DNA of 64,000 bases from Octopus vulgaris. Taxonomy: Eukaryota. Position numbers and translations under genes: made by a program. The stretch spans positions 15,748,001 to 15,812,000 of the forward strand of contig OX597829.1 in assembly GCA_951406725.2 (NCBI GenBank). Direction: 5' to 3'. Below the pieces are notes generated by a model that was not told the origin of the DNA, did no database searches, and saw only the letters and a list, made by a program, of their open reading frames with translations. Positions 1 through 11,014 of this stretch are shown piece after piece. The stretch's first letter is position 1. Each line of letters opens with the position of its first letter.

Positions 1-835
1 TGGTGCCACTAAATCTATAATATGTCATTTAGAAAGTCTTCAAGCTCAAGCTAAATTTAACATTTATATGTTCTTTTAACGGCAAAACTTATTTAATCTA
101 ACCTGAAGTTTTGCTATCATGAGTCGCAGCTAAACAAGCTGATATGGCGTTAGCCTATCAATCGAAAGATCAATGGTTCATGTTTCATAAAAGGTTCAGA
201 AATTGTATTTATAGTCGAAATGATTAATTTTGCTAATCTCGTACGATTCGTCTCTGCAGTATGATTTTCAATCGGGCAGGAGCGTGGTATATATGGAAAG
301 ATGTACGTATATGTGGAATACGTCTACAGCTAAGGTTACCAATATATCGTATTATAATAACAACAAGAAAAACAACAACAGAACACCAACAATAACAGGT
401 AATCAGCACTCGAAGAACTTACTCAATGTAAGTAGGAATCACTCTTAATCGTTCATCTTCTCTGTCATGAGGAATATTTAATTAACAGATGTCCTGTTTC
501 CAACAGTAAATTTTTGTGTCAGATCTGATCGAAAAGACCTTTGTTCAGAGACATTCCAGCTATGGCCATCCCGTATATTAAAGGCTACTATATATTGTTT
601 AATGCGTTTTCCACTCTTTTAAGAACAGTAGGGATGCGTTCTGAAGGTAAGTTTGTTGTCATTTATGTCAGATAAAGCGGCTCCGCAGACGCATATTTAA
701 TGCCTGATCCGAGACTAATCTTAATCCAAACCCATCATCATTAAAGTATTCTAGAAATGACAGTTTCATCTTTTGTACATTAACAATATTATTTTCCCTT
801 TGCATCCTACCTTCGTTACGGTAGAAGGGTAATAT

Positions 836-1247
836 ATATTTCTTTACTACCCACAAGGGGCTAAACATAGAAGGAACAAACAAGGACAGACAAACGGATT
901 AAGTCAATTACATTGACCCCAGTGCGTAACTGGTACTTAATTTATCGACCCCGAAAGGATGAAAGGCAAAGTCGACCTCGGCGGAATTTGAACTCAGAAC
1001 GTAACAGCAGAGGAAATACCTATTTCTTTATTGCCCACAAGGGGCTAAACATAGAGGGGACAAACAAGGATAGACAAACGGATTAAGTCGATTACATCGA
1101 CCCCAGTGTGTAACTGGTACTTAATTTATCGACCCCGAAAGGATGAAAGCCAAAGTCGACCTCGGCGGAATTTGAACTTGGAACGTAACGGCAGAGGAAA
1201 TACGGCTACGCATTTCGCCCGACGTGCTAACGTTTCTGATAGCTTGC
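836..1247 (-). mobile_element. tRNA-derived SINE, family A; full copy (1021-1247) fused to a 5'-truncated second copy (836-1020)
   Basis: Matches the copies at 6526, 7749, 24167, 43415 and 53215. Has a B-box-like GAGTTCAAATTCC, core GTCGACTTTGCCTTTCATCCTTTCGGGGTCGATAAATTAAGTACC (resembles the MetaSINE central domain, from memory) and tail CCCCTTGTGGG...AAAGAAAT. Confidence 0.9.
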
Positions 1248-1477
1248 AATGTCATAGCAGCTTTTAAGAAATGCAGGGACTCCCTCTTGGACCCGACAGA
1301 AATATTTCTTTAATGCAATTTTTGCTACTCTACTGTTGAAAGAATTATTAGAAAGTCCGAAAAATATCTTGCAACATTTGTTATGATACTTTATCATTTG
1401 AGTTCAAATACGACCGAAATCACCTTTGCCTATCATCAATCATCCATTTTCTATCATCAGACTATATCATACCTTAC

Positions 1478-2000
1478 AAATTTTATTTCTTTTTCTTATA
1501 TAAGAAACCAATATACACAACTTAGTACTGCCGAATATACTACATAAAGGCAATCTTTATATCCACCTTAACGTGGATTCTTTGTTAAAATGTCGAAGAC
1601 TGAGGCGTCCGCTCATATTGAGGCATGGTACATAAAACCAAACACACACACATACACACACACACACACACACGTATCACAGCAGACAGGAATCTGGAAG
1701 TCCCGACGCCCATAACACACTATTCCCGTCTACTACGATGTATGTCTGTGCTTTTAAGCATCATGCGTGTATATGAATGGATCTCTCAGTATTTGCCATC
1801 TTAATAAACCAACCACGCCTAGGTGGATATGAATATGGTCATAACGTGGTATATTTGACAGTACTAATTTGTGAATATTGGTTTCTTATATAAGCATATG
1901 AAATAAAAATTCATTTGGGAGGATCTCTCAAAGCTGATAACGCAGTATTCGACGTCCTGACAAGACATCCACGTTCAGTTGGATATAAAGATTGCCTTTT
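1478..2000. repeat. Diverged inverted duplication (arms ~1478-1590 and ~1800-1912) plus a third inverted partial copy at 1944-2000
   Basis: cttatataagaaaccaatat...agtactg...tatccacc is reverse-complemented by ggtggatat...cagtact...atattggtttcttatataag. Confidence 0.7.
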
Positions 2001-3735
2001 GATACTAAAACTGTTTCTGTCACTAATATTTATATACCATAAACTGAAATCTTAAATTTCTATGATATATACATGTTCAAAACTCAAATATATAATGGAC
2101 ATTTTCGCTCGAAATATTTCTAACTGAAAGTTTTTGGTATTTTCTAAATTTTGGAAAATATAATAATGTATTAAAATTTTTAATTCATTAACTCGAAATA
2201 TTGATTTTTTTCCGGTATGTCGATGACTTGAATGGTAAGGAAGTAGAGAAGTTAAACTCAGTATATGACGTGTTGATTTTATTCTTTTGGATGAGCAGAT
2301 TAGACATATGTTCACCCTCGATATGGATTCGATAATCCTATCGCTACATTTTCTCGCTTAGTTCTTCATCACTACCTTCTCATATCTTTTGGATTCATAT
2401 TATTTCAGCATCATTTCACTCACTTTCACCTCCAATATCATTTTATTATCTCCCCTGCTTGCAGCAAAACATATTCGCCAACGAAACAAACCACATCGTG
2501 GTTGCGATACCCGCCACATATCGTAACTAAATCCCTCTCTCTCTAGTCAAAATAGAAATAGAAAGATATGCCGGATAATGTGATTATTAATAAACTGTTT
2601 CAATAAAAGATGTGATAGTCACGGATGAAATTCCTGTGATGGAAGGCCTTTTCCATCTGCGCTGATATGAAACTAAAACACGTCGATATCTTAATAACAC
2701 AAATACATTTCAATTTAACACTTAGTGTCATGGCTTCCATTTTCTTTAACCCGTAACTTCCGTTCAATCATACTTCAACTTATTCTCAGATGCCAGGTTT
2801 ACCAGTTCGGAGTGTCGCTATATCTCCTTAGGAGATGCCTTCCCACGGTGTTGTCTGTTCGTCATAAATACAATCTTAACGCAACTGAAAGGAAACAGGC
2901 AATAACAAAGCAGAACCCATTCAAGTGGCTTCTCAGGTAAAACTGAATGCTTTATAACTCCTGTTAGTCTTTCATTCGACAGCATATTAGGGAAATAATC
3001 GAACCAAACAAAAGACCAGCAAATGAATAAATATTACACTCTCAAATCTAGAAATTTGTAATCGAACCAACACAACCAAAGAATTAGAAATAATAGATTA
3101 CACAAATCTCATCCATAGCTGCAGGTTTATAACTGAACATACCTTTCTCGTATCTATACGACAATAAACTTCAACCACGTATATCAATATAAATTGAACA
3201 CGTCTCACCCAATAATCGAAGAACCGAACAAACCTTATACAAATATTGATCAACAATTGAATTAATCACACAACTTTTTGCAATAATTGAACAAATCTCT
3301 CTCATAAACACGCATACACAAGCACACATACAATTACACACGCGCACACAGACAGTCACCGATATAACAAACAATAAAGCAAACACGGAAATCAACAATA
3401 GACTTATACTTCGCTTCAATCTTTAACTCCTTTCACATATCCTGATCACAGGGTGAACAAAATTTCACATAAAACAGGAGTCTTTTGCAACTGAACGAAG
3501 CTCGCGTAAACATAGGTTAGAGCAAATGAACGAGCCTCGATGAACCGTTATCAAACACTGAAAGTAAACGCTCTGATAAATCTAGAAACGAACAATTGTA
3601 TAACTCTAGAAATAATTAGTTACGTTTGAATGCTCTTCAATTTTTTATGTTTCTCTCTTTTTTTTTCCACAGATATGGTATCAATTCCTTGTGGAAGCCT
3701 TTATACAGTTTAAGAACCTGTTAGAAATAACAGTC

Positions 3736-3746
3736 ATCATCGTCAG

Positions 3747-3781
<35 letters not shown>

Positions 3782-3835
3782 GTCATCATCATCGTCAGCA
3801 TCATCATCCTCATCATCTCTGGTACCACCATCATT

Positions 3836-3870
<35 letters not shown>

Positions 3871-4150
3871 TATCATCATCATCATCATCATCATCATCGT
3901 CATCATCATCGTCAGCATCATCATTCTCATCATCTCTGGTACCACCATCATTATCATCATCATCATCATCATCATCATCATTATCATCATCATCATCATC
4001 ATCATCGTCATCATCATCGTCAGCATCATCATCGTCATCATCTCTGGTACCACCATCATTATCATCATCATCATCATCATCCTCATCATCATCGTCATCA
4101 TTATCATCATCATCATCATCATCATCGTCGTTATCATTATCATCATCACG
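3736..4150. repeat. (CAT)n microsatellite with three higher-order units
   Basis: ctctggtaccaccatcattat recurs at 3817, 3934 and 4042 (spacing 117 and 108 bp). Source of the poly-His and poly-Met pseudo-ORFs. Confidence 0.95.
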
Positions 4151-4929
4151 TCGATGGGAGATGACCCACCGTCAGCGACTCTACAGTTTTCCTCTCCCAC
4201 ATCACTCTTGCTTAGTAGGTCGCTCTTCAGTAGAATTAGAATCTCCAATCTGCTGGTCAATAAATGCCCAGACAAGTTGACTCCAAGGTTCTTTTCCATA
4301 TGTTGGTTCCCACATCAGCATTTGACTCATTACTTTACTTCATCCTTCCTACGAAAGCAATTCCTAAAGAATCTCAATCACCTTTCCTTTGTGATAGAAG
4401 TTACTCTTAGGGGATTACCTTAATGAATCTAGTTTGTTGTACAAAAGGGCCATTCGATGTTAAATCCTGCTCTCAGAAGTCTGGTGCATGTTTCATCTAG
4501 TTTTCTTTCCGGTGTCTTAAAGTCCTTGTAGTTCATCCCTATAAAAGGACAGTTTTTATAGTTGCTTGAAAGAAGCTAATCTTAAGCTGACGGTTTAGAT
4601 TTAGCTTCCAAATTGCTTCCATCTTTCACATGATTAAGCAATGCGAGTTTTAATGTCGTTCTCATTCGTATCAACCCACCAGCCCAGATATATCAGATCA
4701 TCTGCTTCTTTTCAGTTCGGTTCCATTCATTGTTAATAGGTAGTTATGTTCTTGAACACAAACCATGCCCATCGTCTTGTACTCGTTTGTAAATAGGCCC
4801 GTCTTTGAAGAACGGGACTCAATTCACAATAAAAATAGTTTGTTCTGTAGCTTCAGATATTAACGTTACGTCATCAACAGAAACTGCAGTTGTGAGAAGC
4901 ACAGTAGGATGTCTCCTGCTGCATATTTG

Positions 4930-5630
4930 TTGTAGTCAAAAGCTAATGGATTCATCATTTATATTACTTCTCTTATCACATAGTCTAGTGCTATCTTGAA
5001 TAGGAAGAGTGCAAAGGTCACCTTGAAGTATTCCTGCTTGAATTTCAGACGATCCAGCGTCGCCATCGAGAGACAGTGCCTTCGCATAGGTGTCATCGTA
5101 AGGAACTTCCTGGGGAATCCGTAAGCGACAGAGAAAATCCATTAGTTTACCGCTCCATAGCGGTAAACTAATGGATTTACCATTATCGAGCCAAAAACGT
5201 TTCGAAAGACTACGAATGTCAGTAATGTCAGAAGCCGTTTCTATTTCATTCTTTCGGTACTAGTATCCATTCTGTTACCATTCTAATTTTCCGATATCCA
5301 ATTTATAATACTTTTCCGCCACCATAGTTAATATGATGCCTCTGAAGTTTCCTGTAGATCAGCGTTTCCCAACTTATTTTCCTCCAGGCCCCATTTAAAA
5401 TTTACAGAAAAATATATGGCCACCAATGGTTGAGAAAACTTGTAGGTGCAGTATGTTTTCTGTGAAAAAAATAACAGGTTTTTGTGTCCCCCTAAAGAAA
5501 AAGAAAACATTCTGGATTCGAGGCCCCACCATAATTTTCCCAGGTCCCACCGGTGGCAATCACTACTGTACATGCTAACTTACTTCTTTGGAAACATTAA
5601 GATCCCACCCTGTCTCCACACTGTTGCTAC
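4930..5630 (-). mobile_element. RTE-clade LINE reverse transcriptase fragment
   Basis: Translations 'NFRGIILTMVAEKYY' and 'SLDGDAGSSEIQAGILQGD' (NYRGI and GVLQGD motifs). Confidence 0.75.
5360..5565. mobile_element. hAT (Charlie-like) MITE inserted in the RTE fragment
   Basis: Ends CAGCGTTTCCCA...TGGCAATCACTA. 8-bp TSD ctgtagat (5352-5359) / ctgtacat (5566-5573) with central TA. Confidence 0.7.
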
Positions 5631-6525
5631 ATCTTCATATAATCTATAGCAAATCTTCAACCGTTGTCCAGTTTTCAAAACCTTTAGCCAGAACCACATC
5701 AGATCCTGAAGCTATGTTGCTCTTAAGTGTTAGTTCTTTCATCTTAAGTACATCATTTTTTAAATCTGGACATCATCAATCACTGGGCTTGGCCAAGTAG
5801 ATGCTGAGAAGGTTTCTTCTGAAAGTCCAATCTTTCCTCAGGATTTTTAGTTTTTATCTGACCAGAGTTGATCTTCTTCCTCCCTAAAACTTCATCAATT
5901 GTGGCTCATGCCAATCTAAATTTTCCAGCGCGTTCTCTAATTCCTTTATCTGCTTTCAACATATTTTTTCTGTTCCATCTCATGTATCATCAAGGGTTGT
6001 TTTTTTTTACTACTTTGAACTTGCTTAAATTCTGTTTGATATTGAATCGATATTAATTTCATTAAGATTTTCTCTTTGTTTGGCTATGTTTCTGCTTTTC
6101 CACGGAACTAGATTTTGATTTTAGTGTGATGTTAGACTCAGCTGCAGCCTTATAGACTTCCATGATGTTGTTCTACATTGTCTGCATTATCATTGAATCT
6201 GTTGTTTACCTCAAATGCGTATTTAGTCTTCACTTCATTATCTTCCATCAGCTTAGACATATCATTTGCTGGTTTCTGTTTTCTTTATTTTTTGCCGTAG
6301 CTATTCGATGGTCTGATCCAGTGATATTAAAAGTATTGTACACCTCACAATTCAGAGCACTATTTTCGTCTACTTCTTGTTTATCAGGATGTGATCCAGT
6401 TGAATTGACAGTTAGGTCAGTCTTGTGGGCCGCGGATAGGATCTAACCCAGTACAATCTATCAAATGGTCGGGTCGTCGACGTAAAATCCGGCAACCTAT
6501 CCAATAGTTTGTACATAAGTATATA

Positions 6526-6758
6526 CCTGTTTCTTTATTACCCACAAGGGGCTAAACATAGAGGGGACAAACAAGGACAGACAAAGGAATTAAGTCGATT
6601 ACATCAAACCCAGTGCGTAACTGGTACTTAATTTATCGACCTCGAAAGGATGAAAGCCAAAGTCGACCTCGGCGGAATTTGAACTCAGAACGTAAAGGCA
6701 GACGAAATACGGCTACGCATTTCGCCCGGCGAGCTAACGTTTCTGCCAGTTCGCCGCC
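6526..6758 (-). mobile_element. SINE family A, full length
   Basis: Family match. 18-bp TSD tttgtacata(a/t)gtatata at 6508-6525 and 6759-6776. Confidence 0.95.
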
Positions 6759-7399
6759 TTTGTACATATGTATATATTATGGGCGTGTGCGCTGGGCGAG
6801 TATATGAAAATATAGGAAATGCTTAGTTTTAAAACTGTTTAAACAGTATATGCGTCTTCTTGTTATTCAGAGAGCTATGTTAGTGAGAGAGCAATTGGCT
6901 GGTAACTCTAATCACGTCAGATAGCATAAAGTGTGAGTGAATGACTAAATCTGAATTAAATAATTCTTAATCACATAGAGAAATAAACCTCAATGGAAAA
7001 AGTCACAACTTCGGAATAGAAGAAAGTGTTTTGGTGGTTGTGCATATATCGCCAGACTGATATTATGGATTACTACACAGTAACGTTTGACGGCTGAACT
7101 AGAAACTGTCGAAGGTAAGGAAATAGTATTTATTAAACAGACACCTCTGCCAGTATGTATGTGTTGCGGCAGCTGATTGTGTCCCTTCATGCAACTGAAA
7201 AACACCCTGAATAATGCCTTTGATAACCTAGAATACTTCATCTCCCATTACGCAGTTAAACGAGAAGAAAATCAGGTTGGAAATAGAAAGTACGCTTCAG
7301 ATTTACAATTTTTAAAAGTGCCGAAATTAAAAAAGATTGTCGTTATATCAACGTTCAATGCTAAGACATAACAAAATATCGTAAGAGCTATTAAATCAT

Positions 7400-8100
7400 A
7401 GCCATATCAGGGGAAATTGGAATCGATGTCATTTGTACCTATGAACGCGTGTTATGTCATGAGGATGTGGTATACAGGATGTACGGTATCAGTTTTACCC
7501 TGGATCGGCAACAAAGAGTGCTCAAAATTCGACAGTTTGTGGAGTTGGTAATTTAATCTGACCCAAAGCCTGCAAATCAATATAGACCCTGTCAATCCTC
7601 TAATTATCATCACAACCTTCAATGGAAATCGTGTTACCACCATTATTTGCTGCTGTGGCCCAATAAACGTATCAGAAGCTGAAAAGTTCTATAGTGAACT
7701 CGCCAATAACATCAAGCAAGTCCCAAAAGCAAGTCCCAGGTTACTATATATATTTCTTTACTACCCACAAGGGGTTAAACACAGAGGGGACAAACAAGGA
7801 CAGACAAACGGATTAAGACGATTAGATCGACCCCAGTGCGTAACTGGTTCTTAATTTATCGACCCCGAAAGGATGAAAGGCTAAGTCGACCTCGGCGGAA
7901 TTTGAACCCAGAACGTAACGGCAGACGAAATACGGCTACGCATTTCGCCCGGCGTGCTAACGTTTCTGCCAGCTCGCCGCCCAGATTACTATAGCAGCTG
8001 GTGACATGAAGGCATAAGTTGACAGAGATGACTGAGTAGGCACACTTTATCACTAGAAAATTATCAGAAAGCACCAACTTTTTCTGGATGTTATGAGTGT
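7400..8100 (+). mobile_element. RTE-like LINE AP-endonuclease fragment split by a SINE
   Basis: 'IITTFNGNRVTTIICCCGPINVSEAEKFYSEL..IKQVPK' resumes after the SINE as 'ITIAAGDMKA' (GDFNA-like). Confidence 0.7.
7749..7980 (-). mobile_element. SINE family A, full length
   Basis: Family match. 13-bp TSD ccag(g/a)ttactata at 7736-7748 and 7981-7993. Confidence 0.95.
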
Positions 8101-9409
8101 GACAAGATCAGTCTTACTACTAAGTGCACTAAGATATCTGGTGAGCTATGGTCGTTCAGCTATAACAGTCAGATCTCCCTCAAGTCAAACCTCAGCTTTT
8201 TAAAGGAAAGGAAGGAAATATTAACCAACGTATCACTAAACATATAACATGAAATAAACATATATTTTAGCTGAAATATTTTAGCTCATAGTTTGGTTTA
8301 TCAATTTTGACATCTGGGTTGAATAACAACTAGAATAACAGCTAGAAATATGACAGGAAAAGGAGGGGAAGTATGTACTCTGAGTAATCTGATGACTGTG
8401 TTATCGACAATAGTTGATATAAGACTTTCTACACGCGTTCGATAAGTTCCATTACAGAGAAGAATATTACCTGCAATCACAGTAAAAACACTACGTTCCT
8501 CTTGCCTTCTTTTTTTCTTTTTCTTTCTTTCCCCCTCTCTCTCTCTCTCTCTCTCTCTATCCCTCTTCCCTACACTCAGATAAAGGGGAAAGGCCCGAAA
8601 CGGTAGATTTTTTTTTCTCTCTTCATAACAAATGAACTAACCGCCCTCTCCTGTGAACTCTCCCACTGGAGAGGTAGTATGAATATTCATAAAATCTCAC
8701 ACTACTGTGGTAACGAAAAACTGCATTATTTGGTTGTGTTGTGAACCATCATGAATTCATAATGGTTTTTCAGACAAAGAAAGATTTTTTTTTAAAGTAT
8801 TGATTCTGCATTTGCTAAACGATCAAGTTCAATGTAAAGCTATTTTTCTAATTTTTTTTAATTTGTTTTGTTTTTTACTAGTTTATTTTTTTCGTGATTT
8901 TTTTTATATTACTTGTCATTTTTATATCGTCACACTCTTACTAATCCTCTCCTTTTGCTTTCTCTGTATCAATGTGTCTATATGCTTGGTCTGTCCGTCT
9001 AGGCATGTGTCTGTGTCTTTTACATTTCCTTCCTCAGTGTTTCACTCTTCCCACTTCTCTCACACATTTTCTCTCTCTTTCTTTCTTCTCTCACTTTTAT
9101 TTTATTTAATAAAGCCATTAAAAATATAACGTTTTATGTATACTGTACCACAAAATATAACTTTTTTAGCCATCATTGTATGAAAAAAAAATAGTGAAGA
9201 CGTTGTGCTAATGCACAATATATTCGGGAACAGTAAAATAGAGAACAGCAAAACTAGTTTCAAATCTGTGTTGAGATTTCATCAACAACTAAGAGCTTTC
9301 GTGAAATACATAGAGGTACTACTTATTAAGTCACGATTATTAAAGACCTCAGCAAACACACAAATTCAGTAAATGCACACAAATTCGAGAAGCGCTCCAT
9401 ATTTTTGTA

Positions 9410-9527
9410 GCTTACAGCCATATCACGTTGAAAGCACCGGTTCTCGTCCGATCACCGAAGTTAAGCAACGTCAAGCCTAGATAGTACTCAGATGGGTAAC
9501 CGCTTGGGAAACCTAGGTGCTGTAAAC
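9410..9527 (+). rRNA. Isolated 5S rRNA gene variant or pseudogene
   Basis: Full-length 118-nt sequence GCTTACAGCCATATCACGTTGAAAGCACCGGTTCTCGTCCGATCACCGAAGTTAAGC...GGTGCTGTAAAC. Box A and intermediate element recognisable. No T4 terminator immediately downstream. Confidence 0.9.
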
Positions 9528-9544
9528 GACTTTCTGTCCTTGTA

Positions 9545-9857
9545 GGCACAGGAGTGCCTGTGTGGTAAGTAGCTTGCTTCCCAACCACATGATTCTGGGT
9601 TCAGTTCCACTGTGTGGCACCTTGGGCAAGTGTCTTCTACTATAGCCTCGGGTCGACCAAGCCTTGTGACACACATACATACATCGCTTGACAACCGATG
9701 CTGGTGCGTTTACGTCCCCGTAACTTAGCAGTTCGGCTAAAGCGACCGATAGAATAAGTACTAAGCTTACAAAGAATAAGTCCTGGGGTCGATTTGCTCG
9801 ACTAAAGGCGGTACTCCAGCATGGCTACAGTCAAATAACTGAAACAAGTAAAAGAGT
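9545..9857 (+). mobile_element. tRNA-derived CORE-like SINE, family B (internal deletion)
   Basis: GGCaCAGGAGTG..GTGTGGTAAG head, B box GGTTCAGTTCC, CORE-like CACCTTGGGCAAGTG, tail GAAACAAGTAAAAGAG. Matches copies at 29711, 40683, 48478 and 60965. Confidence 0.9.
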
Positions 9858-10299
9858 ATATATAAGAAATTCTGGAAAAATAGCTTGATAAATATATTTC
9901 AAGTGTATCAGTAATGTAGTTTTTACTCTATTTTATTTTGGGCGGGGTTTGGTAGGGGTTGATTGGTGATATTCTATGCCATATACCTGTACCATAAAAT
10001 ATAACTATAGACGTTTTAGATCCAAAAACATATGTATGGTGTTATGTAAACACCGTGTCTATATACACAAATATCTTCTAGAACAGAACAAAAAAGATCA
10101 ACCGGACTAGGTTCAGCCCTCCGTTGGAATTTCATGATTCACTGATTACTCATTCAAACTACACACGGACACAACTAATAAATTCATTATTACTAAAGGC
10201 TTATGTAAACTGATTTACCAATCTGTCTACAAATACAGTGTTACCTAAAAAAAGATATCTTCATGTATTCTGTAGACGTATATAATAGCATTGAAACAA

Positions 10300-10663
10300 A
10301 AACACCAGACTTATATGCGTGTGTGTATGTGTGTGTGTGTCTGTGCACGCGTGTATATAGAGACAGATAGACAGACAGACAGATATAGATGAATATATAC
10401 ATGCATATACACACACACATACACATATAAATATATATTTATATATACGTGCATATACCTATATACATTCTTATTAGCGACAAAAGCAGTATTATTTCAA
10501 AATATCGCTCTGTATATCTTCCTTAACGTGTATATACTACAGAAACCCGAAAGACTGCAGTGGTCACCTCGAGACAGCATCTCATATAGACGTAAAGTTC
10601 TGTATACATATGTATTTTTATATATACTTACATATACATACACACACATACGCACACAGATAA

Positions 10664-10708
<45 letters not shown>

Positions 10709-10739
10709 CATACATTTATATATACATACATATACATAT

Positions 10740-10785
<46 letters not shown>

Positions 10786-10805
10786 TCATATATATAAATA
10801 CATAC

Positions 10806-10874
<69 letters not shown>

Positions 10875-10972
10875 CGCATCATGTTTTTATTTTATTTTGA
10901 TCAATTTACTCCACCACCTACACCACCAAACGGTATACACAGGTGCTTATAATTATCAAGTACTCACCCCGA

Positions 10973-11003
<31 letters not shown>
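10300..11003. repeat. Compound (TA)n/(CA)n/(GACA)n microsatellites
   Basis: Seen directly. Source of the YI/IY pseudo-ORFs. Confidence 0.95.
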
Positions 11004-11014
11004 TGATATGATAT

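Larger units (their letters stand above)
4170..6500 (-). mobile_element. Decayed Dong/R4-like (RLE-type) non-LTR retrotransposon, interrupted by an RTE fragment
   Basis: Minus-strand remnants 'ASGSD..WLK' (KAPGPDG..WLK-like), 'IYKRVQDDGHGL' (LY..R..GGRGL-like) and 'LLKSDLL' (LQKSALL-like). The 3' end abuts the (CAT)n tract. Confidence 0.6.

Noticed and set aside
836-1247. Repeated units as a CRISPR array, or SINE heads as true tRNA genes
   Set aside because: Dispersed SINE copies with TSDs. There is no repeat-spacer periodicity and no complete cloverleaf.
3691-4299. Poly-His / poly-Met ORFs
   Set aside because: Translation of the (CAT)n array, with no non-repetitive coding context.
8570-8606. 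Hammerhead-like CAGATAA-AGGG..CCC-GAAACGGTA
   Set aside because: Two uncompensated core changes and no convincing stem I. At best a dead remnant.
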